DNA from: an uncultured Pseudomonadota bacterium | GTDB lineage: Bacteria; Pseudomonadota; Alphaproteobacteria; Rs-D84 | Direction of reading: 5' to 3' | Assembly: GCA_902784285.1 (NCBI GenBank) | Contig: CACZUL010000002.1 | Location: forward strand, 1-37,821 | Length of the DNA: 37,821 nucleotides | Shown here: positions 24,906 to 34,165 of the stretch, one piece after another | Position numbering within the stretch: the stretch's first letter is position 1 | Layout: each line of letters begins with the position of its first letter | Translations under genes and position numbers: made by a program | Notes under the pieces: model-generated | Told to the model about the DNA's origin: nothing | The model's input: the letters and a program-made list of their open reading frames with translations, nothing else | Database searches by the model: none

Positions 24906-24956
24906 TTTTATAACAATTTGTGATATAATAGTCGCATAAAACAAAAGGAAGGAAAT

Positions 24957-25169
24957 ATGAAAACACTTGAAAAAATTTTAGCCGTATTGGTCAAGAATTT
25001 GGGATATACCGTTCTGTTGATATTGTCAATCATATTGTTTGCAATATTCTCGGATGGGTTAATCAGTGGTATTATTACCGCATTGTCCGCGCTGTTGGCA
25101 TACGCATGCATTATGGCATTGGTCGCGGAATTTAAAAAGCAACCCGGAAAATCGCCAAAAAAGAAATAA
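24957..25169 (+). CDS. Hypothetical small two-TM membrane protein
   Basis: 70 aa with two hydrophobic helices and a basic tail. Strong SD aaggaagga upstream. Confidence 0.5.
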   Translation: MKTLEKILAVLVKNLGYTVLLILSIILFAIFSDGLISGIITALSALLAYACIMALVAEFKKQPGKSPKKK

Positions 25170-25279
25170 GCGATATTGCCCCGATAATTTTGTCCATGCA
25201 TTGCGGGGCTGGGTAATTTTTAATTGAAAAAGTTTTAATATGTTTGTTAAAATCCCCTTGAAAACAAAAGGGGATTTTT

Positions 25280-25666
25280 ATGTATGACAAAGATAATGTG
25301 TTCGCAAAAATTATTCGTGGTGAAATTCCATCAAAACGCGTTGTGGAAAACGAATATGCGATTTCTTTCTATGATGTGAACCCAATGTGCAAAACTCATG
25401 TTTTGGTTGTGCCGCGTGGGGAATATGAAAATATTTTGGACTTTGCCCGCCGCGCCACACCGGCCGAGCAGGCGGGTTTTTGGGATTGCTTTGTTAAAAC
25501 CGCGGATAAATTGGGCGTAAAAGCAGAATTTAATGTCTTTGCCAATGCTGGATTGGCCGCGCCGATATTTAATCAAAGTGTGTTTCATTTTCATCTGCAC
25601 CTGATTGCCGGGGATAAAACGCCGGCGTGTAAAGATCTTATGCGGGAAATGCTATGCGAAAAATAA
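25280..25666 (+). CDS. HIT-family (histidine triad) nucleotide hydrolase
   Basis: FAKIIRGEIPS at the N-terminus and the histidine triad HFHLHLI. Confidence 0.88.
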   Translation: MYDKDNVFAKIIRGEIPSKRVVENEYAISFYDVNPMCKTHVLVVPRGEYENILDFARRATPAEQAGFWDCFVKTADKLGVKAEFNVFANAGLAAPIFNQSVFHFHLHLIAGDKTPACKDLMREMLCEK

Positions 25667-25878
25667 ACCTGCGTGTTATACCGCGTGCGCGGCAAAATAA
25701 AATTACCGTCCAAGATGATGAACATTTGCGTGTCCATATAACCGCTGCGCCGGTTGATGGCGCGGCAAATGCCGCGGTTATTAAAATCTTGGCCGAATAT
25801 TTTGATGTCCCGAAATCACAAATAAAAATCGTGCGCGGGGATGCCGCGCGCGATAAAGTTATAGAAATTCCAGAATAA
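25654..25878 (+). CDS. DUF167 (YggU-like) protein
   Basis: LRVIPRARQNKI...LRVHITAAPVDGAANAAVIKILAEYFDVPKSQIKIVRGDAARDKVIEI fits the YggU/DUF167 pattern. It overlaps the HIT gene by 13 nt. Confidence 0.8.
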   Translation: MRKINLRVIPRARQNKITVQDDEHLRVHITAAPVDGAANAAVIKILAEYFDVPKSQIKIVRGDAARDKVIEIPE

Positions 25879-25879
25879 T

Positions 25880-26434
25880 TTATTTTCCGTAATTTAATAT
25901 CTGTTTGAACAATTCATCTGGCGTGTCTGCGACATGAACATTATAATCGTGGACACTTTCGATAAATCCGCTGTCCTGCATAACCAAGAACATTTTTGAA
26001 AACGATTCCCAAAATTTTGCAGTGTTCATAAAAAATATTGGTTTAATGGATTCGCCAATTTGCTGCATCGTTAAAATATCGGTGAATTCGTTCAGTGTGC
26101 CGATGCCGCCCGGCAATATGATAAACCCGTCTGACATTTCGTACATGCGTTGTTTGCGTTCGTTTACACCGTCAACAACCTGGACCGAAATTTCTTCGTG
26201 TGCGGGTTCTTGTTTGGCAACCACATTATGTGTTGTAACACCCAAAACCACACCACCGTTATTTAATGCCGCCGTCGCCGTCGCACCCATAAGGCCGACA
26301 TTGCCACCACCAAAAATCATACGTATTTTATTTCGTGCCAACAATTCGCCAACACGTGCCGCATCACGTTCAAACTGTGGGTCTGTGCCAAAACTGTGGC
26401 CACAATAAACCGCCAAAGAATTTAATTTTTGCAT
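25880..26434 (-). CDS. LOG-family (TIGR00730) nucleotide 5'-monophosphate nucleosidase
   Basis: VYCGHS, GGGNVGLMG and PGGIGTLNEF motifs. Start at the ATG at 26434 with SD aaggaaa. Confidence 0.88.
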   Translation of the reverse strand: MQKLNSLAVYCGHSFGTDPQFERDAARVGELLARNKIRMIFGGGNVGLMGATATAALNNGGVVLGVTTHNVVAKQEPAHEEISVQVVDGVNERKQRMYEMSDGFIILPGGIGTLNEFTDILTMQQIGESIKPIFFMNTAKFWESFSKMFLVMQDSGFIESVHDYNVHVADTPDELFKQILNYGK

Positions 26435-26480
26435 ACTTTTTCCTTTATTTTCCGGAATTATAGCATAGAATATTACGGTT

Positions 26481-27467
26481 ATGAACAAAAATTTTTTAGA
26501 TTTTATGCGGAACTTTGTCGGTCAAAAAATGGCCGTCGGGGTCAGTGGCGGGGTCGATTCGGTCGCATTGTTGCATTGGTTGGTGGAAATCGGTGCGGAT
26601 GTGGTGTGTTTGCATGTGAATCACAATTTGCGCCCGTCCGCCGGGGTGGAAGCCCAATATGTCGCAGATTTATGTAAAAAATTGGGCGTTGAATGTCATA
26701 TCTTTTCGTGGGGCGGGGAAAAACCCGAAACCGGTTTGGAAGATGCCGCGCGTGTTGCACGTTATAAATTTATGACGGATTTTTGTCATAAAAATAAAAT
26801 CAAAATCATCCTTACCGCGCACCAGGCGGACGATCAAATTGAAACTTTTTGGATGAACCTTGGACGGGGCAGTGGGGTTTACGGTTTGGCCGCTATGCGC
26901 GATGTTGGCGAAATGGACGGTATTAAAATTGTGCGACCATTACTTGGGGTGTTTCGGCGCGAACTGCGTGATTATTGTGATACACGGGGCATTAAATACT
27001 TTGCAGATGAAATGAACGATGACCCACATTATACGCGTGTAAAGATTCGGCAAAATCGGCACTTGGTTGGGGATGCGCTTGGCATTTCCGATGAACGCAT
27101 ATTATTGGCAATTCAAAACATGGGGCGCGTGCGTGAAACACTGGAAAATTATGTCGATAAATTGGTCGCGCGTGTGATGTTGGATGGGCGTGCAATATTT
27201 TCTGAATCTTTTCTATTTGACCAAAGCCCCGATATTAGGTTAAAGTTTTTGGGAACCATTATTCAAATGGTCGGGGGGGACAGGTATCAGCCACGATTGA
27301 ATTCATTGGTGGGCGCGGTGGATAAATTGCATGACGATTGCAAATTTACCATCGGGCATTGTACAGTGCGTCGTTTTCGTGGTCGAATTTTAGTTGTCCG
27401 TGAAGGTAAAAAGACAAGTTTTAGAATCAGGAAAAGGTATCATGGAAAAAAATATATTAAAAAATAA
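26481..27467 (+). CDS. tilS: tRNA(Ile)-lysidine synthase (short form)
   Basis: PP-loop VGVSGGVDSVALLH, HVNHNLR and TAHQADDQIETF. It is syntenic with the downstream ftsH. Confidence 0.9.
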   Translation: MNKNFLDFMRNFVGQKMAVGVSGGVDSVALLHWLVEIGADVVCLHVNHNLRPSAGVEAQYVADLCKKLGVECHIFSWGGEKPETGLEDAARVARYKFMTDFCHKNKIKIILTAHQADDQIETFWMNLGRGSGVYGLAAMRDVGEMDGIKIVRPLLGVFRRELRDYCDTRGIKYFADEMNDDPHYTRVKIRQNRHLVGDALGISDERILLAIQNMGRVRETLENYVDKLVARVMLDGRAIFSESFLFDQSPDIRLKFLGTIIQMVGGDRYQPRLNSLVGAVDKLHDDCKFTIGHCTVRRFRGRILVVREGKKTSFRIRKRYHGKKYIKK

Positions 27468-29307
27468 GAAACGCAATAATTCCAATTTGTTCTTAATTCT
27501 GTTTGGAATAATGTTTGTTGTTCTGGTTGGCGGCGCGTTTATGTCGCGTGGCGGGTTGAATACGGCCGTGGATGTGGTATCGAACGAACCGGTGGAATTG
27601 ACTTTTTCTGATGTTCTGCGCCGGGCGGACGAAATTAAAACTATGAAGATTCGCGACAATGTTGCAACCGGTCAATTGCGGGATGGAACCAAATATAACG
27701 CGGTTATTACATATAATCCAGAACTGTTGGAAAAATTGTCCAATGGTGGCACGGTTGTTTCAATTGATACATCCAAGGGTTGGGTTGATTACCTTGGAAC
27801 ATGGGTGCCGATTTTGATGGGACTGTTCTTTATATGGTGGATTTTCCGCGGTATTCGCGGCGGCGCGGGTGGAATAAGTCGCACATTAATGGGGCAAAAC
27901 CCGACAAAAATTGTAACTGGAAAACCCAAGACTACATTTAAAGATGTTGCCGGAATCGATTCGGAAAAACAGGAATTGGCCGAGGTTGTAGATTTCCTGC
28001 GCGACAAATCAAAGTTTGCCGCCGTGGGCGCGCGTGTGCCACGTGGTGTGTTGTTGGCGGGTGAACCCGGAACTGGTAAGACACTGTTGGCGCGTGCCAT
28101 CGCGGGTGAGGCGAATGTCCCGTTCTTTGCCGCATCGGGCAGTGATTTTTCCGGTATCATTGTCGGTTTGGGTGTCGCAAAAATCAAAGAGATTTTCGAA
28201 ATGGCAAAACGCAATGCGCCATGTTTGTTATTCATCGATGAAATAGATGCAATCGGTCAACGCCGCAGCCAGAATTCTTTTAACGATCAAGACCGCGAAC
28301 AGACATTGAACCAATTACTGATTGAAATGGATGGTTTTTCAAACGAAACAGGCATCATTGTTATTGGTGCAACGAATCGGCCGGATATGTTGGACCCGGC
28401 GTTGTTGCGTCCCGGCCGTTTTGACCGCCAGGTGCATATTGATTTGCCCGATATGGCGGGCCGCAAAGCAATTCTGGAATTGCACGCGAAAAAAATCAAA
28501 ATGCATGAAGATGTGAACCTTGGCGATTTGGCGCGTGGGACAACGGGACTTTCGGGTGCGGATCTGGAAAACCTGTTGAACGAGGCCGCCTTGCACGCGG
28601 TGCGCAGTGGCCATAAAATGGTTGCCCCCGATGATATAGAAGAAGCCCGCGATAAATTGTTGATGGGACCACGCAAAATTCGCAAAATGCGCCCCGAAGA
28701 TATAAAACTGACCGCGTATCACGAAGCCGGACATGCCTTTGTCGCAACGCATTATGCGGATATCGCCGACCCGATTCACAAGGCAACAATTATTCCGCGT
28801 GGGCGTGCGCTGGGGATGGTGCAACATTTGCCAATTGACGACAAGGTTTCAATGTCCATTGCCGAAGTGCGCGCAAATTTGGCGATTTCTATGGCGGGTC
28901 GCGCAAGTGAAGCGGTATTCTTTGGCGCAGATAAAATTACCACCGGGGCCGAGGCCGATATTGCGATGGCGACGCGCCTTGCCCGGCGTTCGATTACCAC
29001 CGCCGGATTATCAAACAAAATTGGTTTGGTCGCGATTAACCAGGCGCAAACATTTGGTTCGCGTGTACCGTTGGAAAATGCTTCGGAAAAAACCGCAGAA
29101 ATTGTTGATGCGGAAATCAAAAATTGGACCGATGCCGCATATCGTGATGCCGTTAGTATTTTGACCAAGAATAAAGCGGTGGTTAAAAAACTGGCCGAAG
29201 AATTATTGAAGCGCGAAACATTGACCGGCGAAGAAATTATGAAAATTGTTGGTAAAAAGCCGGCAAAAAAGACGACGGTCAAAAAGGCGAAAGTTGCAAA
29301 AAAATAA
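27442..29307 (+). CDS. ftsH: ATP-dependent zinc metalloprotease FtsH
   Basis: Walker A GEPGTGKTLLARAIAGEA, a DEID Walker B, the second region of homology (SRH) and Zn motif HEAGHAF. The ATG at 27442 has SD aggaaaagg and overlaps tilS by 26 nt. Confidence 0.96.
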   Translation: MEKNILKNKKRNNSNLFLILFGIMFVVLVGGAFMSRGGLNTAVDVVSNEPVELTFSDVLRRADEIKTMKIRDNVATGQLRDGTKYNAVITYNPELLEKLSNGGTVVSIDTSKGWVDYLGTWVPILMGLFFIWWIFRGIRGGAGGISRTLMGQNPTKIVTGKPKTTFKDVAGIDSEKQELAEVVDFLRDKSKFAAVGARVPRGVLLAGEPGTGKTLLARAIAGEANVPFFAASGSDFSGIIVGLGVAKIKEIFEMAKRNAPCLLFIDEIDAIGQRRSQNSFNDQDREQTLNQLLIEMDGFSNETGIIVIGATNRPDMLDPALLRPGRFDRQVHIDLPDMAGRKAILELHAKKIKMHEDVNLGDLARGTTGLSGADLENLLNEAALHAVRSGHKMVAPDDIEEARDKLLMGPRKIRKMRPEDIKLTAYHEAGHAFVATHYADIADPIHKATIIPRGRALGMVQHLPIDDKVSMSIAEVRANLAISMAGRASEAVFFGADKITTGAEADIAMATRLARRSITTAGLSNKIGLVAINQAQTFGSRVPLENASEKTAEIVDAEIKNWTDAAYRDAVSILTKNKAVVKKLAEELLKRETLTGEEIMKIVGKKPAKKTTVKKAKVAKK

Positions 29308-29323
29308 ATTCGAAATTTTACAA

Positions 29324-29920
29324 ATGGCGCCCGAATTTACCAATTCGGTATTGGTGTCGGACGGTGTAAATTGTGTAATATTTGATGCCTGGGGTCGCGC
29401 GGATGATTGGATTAAATTGTTGGACACGCGCGGGGTGCGTCCGGTTGCAATTTATGCAACACATGGGCACAGCGACCATATTTCCGCCGCACCCGCACTG
29501 GCCGCACATTATAATATTCCCTGGTTTATGAACGCGGCGGATGTGCCGTTGATTTTGTGGGGAAACCAAATTCTGGATTTTTGGGAATTGCCGCGAATTC
29601 CGGATGATTTTGTACGCCCGCAAAATTTGACCGCGGGCCGGGTCAAAATTTTGAATGATGTAGAAATGGAAATAATTGCGTCGCCTGGTCATTCGTTGGG
29701 TGGTGTAATGTTTTACTTTCCGGAATATAAAATATTGCTGACTGGCGATACCATTTTCCGTGACGGGGTGGGGCGAACCGATTTACCGGGTGGTGATGAT
29801 AAAACTTTGCGTGAATCTATCGCGAATTTTGGGAAAATGAATTTACCCGACGACACATATATTGTTCACGGCCACGGCCCGGATTCTATGATGTGTGATA
29901 TTAAAAACCGATTACAATAA
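29324..29920 (+). CDS. MBL-fold hydrolase (YcbL/glyoxalase II-like)
   Basis: THGHSDH metal motif, SPGHSLGG and GDTIFRDGVGRTDLPGGD. Start placed at MAPEF (29324), because the upstream part of the ORF overlaps ftsH. Confidence 0.8.
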   Translation: MAPEFTNSVLVSDGVNCVIFDAWGRADDWIKLLDTRGVRPVAIYATHGHSDHISAAPALAAHYNIPWFMNAADVPLILWGNQILDFWELPRIPDDFVRPQNLTAGRVKILNDVEMEIIASPGHSLGGVMFYFPEYKILLTGDTIFRDGVGRTDLPGGDDKTLRESIANFGKMNLPDDTYIVHGHGPDSMMCDIKNRLQ

Positions 29921-29969
29921 TTTGACATTGCCGCAAATTGTGCTAACTTTATCGCGTATAAAGAAAAAA

Positions 29970-30716
29970 ATGTACAAGATGTCGGATGACGCAAAGAAAT
30001 TTTTGAAAGAATATGGACTGGATAATTTGCCACGGACCTTTAATTATCCGGCTTTTCGGGGCAAATATGTTTTTATGTTGCACGATTTTAATCAAAATTT
30101 TCAATATGGCCCAATTGTTGCAAAACGCATGAATGATTTTTATGAACTGTTGGATGCGGGTGCGCGTGTTGTGGACGGAATATTTTGGGACCAACCCAAA
30201 ACTATCGAGCCTGGGTTTATCGCACGTTGTGGCCAACCACAAAAAATAAATGAGAAATATGTTCTGTATAATGTGGGTACACTTAAACATGGCGAATGTG
30301 TCGAAGTGCCGCATATGTTTGTCAAAGACCCATATGACAAAAACTTTATGAAAGATATGCATGATGGCGATCGCGCAACATTGGAAAACATAATTGTAAA
30401 TGAAAAAGACGATACGGCATGGCTTGGGTGGGACCATATTGAACGCACAAAATGGTGCAATTATAAACTGTCAAAGAAAAAAAGCGAAGAATTGTTAGAT
30501 GGTTTTGATGCGTTTATTTGGGCAACGACTTTGTTGGATGTTGATAAAATTGCTGCGCTTAATCTTTTGCGTTATGCCCGTGAAATAATGCCATGTTTCC
30601 TGGATTCTGGTTTTGAACGTTATTATGATACCAACAGCCAACAACTCCCATATGTTCCAACCAGAATCAAGGTAACCATATGGAATGGTACTGAAATTGT
30701 AGACCAAAGTCGATAA
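29970..30716 (+). CDS. Hypothetical protein (248 aa), first gene of the ACP-fusion cassette
   Basis: Long ORF with no motif I recognise. The start is uncertain (ATG at 29970 or 29979; the ORF-track GTG at 29895 overlaps the MBL gene). Confidence 0.5.
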   Translation: MYKMSDDAKKFLKEYGLDNLPRTFNYPAFRGKYVFMLHDFNQNFQYGPIVAKRMNDFYELLDAGARVVDGIFWDQPKTIEPGFIARCGQPQKINEKYVLYNVGTLKHGECVEVPHMFVKDPYDKNFMKDMHDGDRATLENIIVNEKDDTAWLGWDHIERTKWCNYKLSKKKSEELLDGFDAFIWATTLLDVDKIAALNLLRYAREIMPCFLDSGFERYYDTNSQQLPYVPTRIKVTIWNGTEIVDQSR

Positions 30717-30738
30717 AAATGAAAAAAAGGACATGTGC

Positions 30739-31371
30739 ATGACATACAATGAAATATTGAAACAAATTCGGCCGATTATTGCAAAACAATTAGATGTTGA
30801 ACCGGTTGATGTTAAAATGTCTGCAAACCTGACTCACGATTTGGGTGCGGATTCATTGGATGCATTGGAATTGAGAATTGCGGTTGAACGGGAATTTAAT
30901 ATCAGAATTCCCGATGAAGACACAATGAATATTTTTACGGTTGGCGATGCGGTAAATTATATACATCAACGTATTTCACCGGACGATGCACCAAAAAATA
31001 AAAGGCCCAATACCAAAACACAAACCCGTGTATATTTTGGCGCACCCGGATATGACAGTTTGTTATGTGGATATTTGCCGAATGATAAAATATATGATTA
31101 TTTGAAAAACCTGAGCAAACAAAATTTAAGTCAACAGCATTGCGCACGTTATGGGTTTTCATTTACTGGTTGTCCGTATGATGGGCATTTAAAGCAAACT
31201 TTAATACTGGATGCCAGTATAGAAGATGGGGTTACCAGTGTATACGGACTGAATCCGTTATGTGGTGTGCGCACCGTCCATGGATGTTTTCGCAAATTAA
31301 AACGGGGAGAATGTAAAGACCCGTTTGTCGTTGAAAATGTCGGTAAAAACGGTGGACAAAAAAATATTTGA
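30739..31371 (+). CDS. Acyl-carrier-protein domain fused to an unknown Cys/His-rich C-terminal domain
   Basis: The first ~80 aa align with AcpP (IIAKQLDVEPVDV....LTHDLGADSLDALELRIAVEREFNIRIPDED...TVGDAVNYI). About 130 further aa carry 6 Cys. SD aaagga lies 8 nt before the ATG at 30739 (alternative start 30733). Confidence 0.7.
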   Translation: MTYNEILKQIRPIIAKQLDVEPVDVKMSANLTHDLGADSLDALELRIAVEREFNIRIPDEDTMNIFTVGDAVNYIHQRISPDDAPKNKRPNTKTQTRVYFGAPGYDSLLCGYLPNDKIYDYLKNLSKQNLSQQHCARYGFSFTGCPYDGHLKQTLILDASIEDGVTSVYGLNPLCGVRTVHGCFRKLKRGECKDPFVVENVGKNGGQKNI

Positions 31372-32002
31372 ACAAATAGCGCCATATATCGCTGACAAAT
31401 TGGGGGTTGACCAATGCGAGGTAACGAGAGATGCAGATTTACAAAATGATTTGGGTGCGGACTCTTTGGATATGGTTGAAATGATGTTGAAGTTTCAAAT
31501 GGAGTTTAAAGGTACTTTCCCTGACGAGGAACAAGAGCTAATTCGGACCGTTGGTGATGTGATAGATGTTATAAAAAGGACGAGTGCATTAGACTGGATA
31601 CGCGATGGTCAGGTACAGTCGACCGCAACGGTTGCGAAACCGGCCGCAGAACCGGAACAAAAACGTGTTGTTAAAAAAACATCGGCCAAGGAAACCACGG
31701 TAACTTTGACCAATGTGCCAAATGGTAAAGAAAAACCGACAGTTTTGAATTGTGGGACAATTACGGATGCCCAGAAACAAGATTTCTTGGCGGCGATTTC
31801 AGAACACAAACCAAGTGATGGCGATAATCATACATGTGGTTTCAATGTTTATCACGCGAAACAAAGTGCCATGCGCGTGGTTCCGTATAATGTGTCCACA
31901 AATTTCCAACCGACCAAACAAAAAATTGGCAAGAATGAATTGATTGTGGAAATGATACCGATGTCCAAAAAAGAATGCGGATCATGGGCAAACTATTGGT
32001 GA
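31337..32002 (+). CDS. Acyl-carrier-protein domain fused to an unknown C-terminal domain (paralog of the preceding gene)
   Basis: The N-terminus IADKLGVDQCEVTRDADLQNDLGADSLDMVEMMLKFQMEFKGTFPDEE...TVGDVIDVI is ACP-like. The C-terminal ~140 aa share CG..(x)..DFL..IS, H.CGF and KECG segments with the upstream gene. The two genes overlap by 35 nt, and the start is uncertain. Confidence 0.65.
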   Translation: MSVKTVDKKIFEQIAPYIADKLGVDQCEVTRDADLQNDLGADSLDMVEMMLKFQMEFKGTFPDEEQELIRTVGDVIDVIKRTSALDWIRDGQVQSTATVAKPAAEPEQKRVVKKTSAKETTVTLTNVPNGKEKPTVLNCGTITDAQKQDFLAAISEHKPSDGDNHTCGFNVYHAKQSAMRVVPYNVSTNFQPTKQKIGKNELIVEMIPMSKKECGSWANYW

Positions 32003-32075
32003 TTGCACATCGCCATTGGTTAAACGGACCGTTGGTGCACTGTTGTTCCCGGATAAATATGGCAAACAGCGTTAA

Positions 32076-32106
32076 AAACAAACCCCGAAGAAATTCGGGG
32101 TTTTTA
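32076..32106. terminator. Bidirectional terminator
   Basis: Stem ccccgaa/ttcgggg with a leading A-rich stretch and a trailing T5. It overlaps the prmC stop. Confidence 0.75.
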
Positions 32107-32868
32107 GATTGTAAATACTAATACCCGTGTTATGCCCGATAAATCGCGTTCGGCGCGCACGAATTTCCAACGGTTTGATTCAAATATTTTTTTTACCGCG
32201 TCGCCTGCGCCCGCGCCAATTTCAACATATATGCGCCCGGATTTCTTTAACCAATTTTTTGCGTTTTTTGCAATCTGTTCGTATGCCGCGTTGCCGCCAT
32301 GTGCGGCGTACAGTGCTAATTTAGGGTCGTGCTTTGCGCCCGCATCTACACGCGGGTCGCCGATTGCAATGTACGGCGGGTTGGAAACGATAATATCAAA
32401 TTTTTCGCGCACCGCGCGTGGCGCGCCAAAAGACGCGCGGGTAATTTTAATTTTGTTCGATAAATCAAAATTCTTTGTATTGCGACGTGCCACCCGAATT
32501 GCCCTGCGTGAAATATCAACGGCTGTGCCGGTTGCGCCATGAATATTTTTTACCAATGATATAATGATGCAACCTGTGCCGGTTCCCAAATCCAGTATTT
32601 TTGGATTTTGCGGGTTGTCCGCAATTACCGCCGCGACCAATGTTTCGGTATCGGGGCGTGGGTCCAGTGTGTATTTATTTGTATAAAACGGCAATCCATA
32701 AAACCATTTTTGATGAATTATCTTGGCCACCGGCACCCCGCGGCGCAGTGCGCGCGCCATAAACCACACCCGCAAATGCGATGGATTTTTAACATTGTCG
32801 GTGATAATTCGGGCGGCCCGAATCCCCCCGGCATCTTTTAAAATTTCAAAAACTTGATTTATTGTCAT
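32104..32868 (-). CDS. prmC: Release-factor glutamine N5-methyltransferase (PrmC/HemK family)
   Basis: SAM motif ILDLGTGTGCI and catalytic IIVSNPPYI. PrmB cannot be excluded from sequence alone. Confidence 0.8.
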   Translation of the reverse strand: MTINQVFEILKDAGGIRAARIITDNVKNPSHLRVWFMARALRRGVPVAKIIHQKWFYGLPFYTNKYTLDPRPDTETLVAAVIADNPQNPKILDLGTGTGCIIISLVKNIHGATGTAVDISRRAIRVARRNTKNFDLSNKIKITRASFGAPRAVREKFDIIVSNPPYIAIGDPRVDAGAKHDPKLALYAAHGGNAAYEQIAKNAKNWLKKSGRIYVEIGAGAGDAVKKIFESNRWKFVRAERDLSGITRVLVFTI

Positions 32869-32880
32869 AAAACCATTATA

Positions 32881-34155
32881 ATGGACGCCATGGAAAAAGC
32901 AAAAAATATTCTTACTTCACATGGATTTGTTCGCGCGGTTTTGTGGATTGCCGGTATTTTGGCCATCGCCGCGGTTGTAACATTGTTGGTGTTTGGTCGC
33001 CGTATGGATGGCACCGGTTCGTCTGCGCCTGCGCCAAATGAACCTATTATTGTTAGTGTCGCGGCCGGCGATACTTTGTCGAAATTGTTATCAGAGCAGG
33101 GCATCGGCCACAACGACATAAATGCGATTGCAAATGTTTTGAAAACTGATGCGGGTATAAGTGGCCTGCGCGCGGACCGTGATAAAATCGAATTTGTGCG
33201 CGATGGGGAAAATAATTCTGTGTCAAAAATTACCGTTGTTCCGGGGCCGTGGCGCCGCGTGGAACTAACATGCGATGCGGGTGGCAAATGGCAATGTAAT
33301 GCGATTGATATTGAACGCGATACGCGACTGGTCTATCGTCAAGGCGAAATCTTGGATGGCGACAGTTTCTATCTGGCCGGTATGCGCGCGGATATTCCTG
33401 CCGGCATTTTGGCCGAAGTTTATGATTTGTTGGCATTTGAAATGGACTTTGAACGCGATGTGCGCGCAGGCCAAAAATTCTCGGTCGTTTATGAAGAAAA
33501 CTATCGCGATGGGGAAAAGGTCGATAATGGTTCCGTTGTGGTCGTTTCTTTTGATGCGTTGCGTGGCAATGTTAAAATGTATCGATTCCGCAAATCTGAT
33601 AAAACCGTGGGATACTATGACCCGAACGGAAACGGCGCGATTAAATCGCTGAAACGCACGCCAATCAATAATGCCAAAGTAACCAGCAGTTTTTCAACCC
33701 GTCGTAAACACCCTGTGTTGGGATTTACCCGCGCACACAAAGGTGTTGATTTCCGCGCGCCAACCGGAACGCCGATTCCGTCCGCCGGTGCTGGGCGCGT
33801 TGTGGCCCGTGGCTATAACCGTGGACATGGAAACTTTGTAAGAATAAGACACAATGGTTCGTTTGAAACGCTTTATGCGCACATGTCTAAATTTGCGAAA
33901 AATGTAAAGGTTGGCACAACCGTAAAACAGGGACAAATTATCGGATATTCTGGTTCAACGGGACTTTCCACCGGACCACATTTACACTATGAAATTATCA
34001 AAGACGGCAAACATGTGAACCCGATGACGGTTAAGTTGCCGGCGATAAATAATCTGGATGCGGCGAACAAAAAGAAATTCTTGGAATATCGCGAGACACT
34101 GGACAAGGCCATAGAACAAATGGCGGACAAGCCGGGTTCGTTTATTCAGATGTAA
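32881..34155 (+). CDS. M23-family peptidoglycan endopeptidase with N-terminal anchor and LysM-like segment
   Basis: HKGVDFRAPTGTPI, LYAHMSKF and GSTGLSTGPHLHYEI are M23/LytM motifs. VAAGDTLSKLL resembles LysM. Start taken at MDAMEK. Confidence 0.88.
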   Translation: MDAMEKAKNILTSHGFVRAVLWIAGILAIAAVVTLLVFGRRMDGTGSSAPAPNEPIIVSVAAGDTLSKLLSEQGIGHNDINAIANVLKTDAGISGLRADRDKIEFVRDGENNSVSKITVVPGPWRRVELTCDAGGKWQCNAIDIERDTRLVYRQGEILDGDSFYLAGMRADIPAGILAEVYDLLAFEMDFERDVRAGQKFSVVYEENYRDGEKVDNGSVVVVSFDALRGNVKMYRFRKSDKTVGYYDPNGNGAIKSLKRTPINNAKVTSSFSTRRKHPVLGFTRAHKGVDFRAPTGTPIPSAGAGRVVARGYNRGHGNFVRIRHNGSFETLYAHMSKFAKNVKVGTTVKQGQIIGYSGSTGLSTGPHLHYEIIKDGKHVNPMTVKLPAINNLDAANKKKFLEYRETLDKAIEQMADKPGSFIQM

Positions 34156-34165
34156 TTGAATTTTT

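Noticed and set aside
28339-29282. Minus-strand ORFs of 162-168 aa inside ftsH
   Set aside because: They are antisense to ftsH. Their composition is Arg/Ala-rich shadow translation, with no independent support.
29970-30716. Phosphopantetheinyl transferase or acyl-ACP synthetase upstream of the ACP fusions
   Set aside because: I looked for PPTase motifs (GxD and the (W/F)xxKE(A/S) helix) and for adenylation-domain motifs, and neither is present. The protein remains unassigned.
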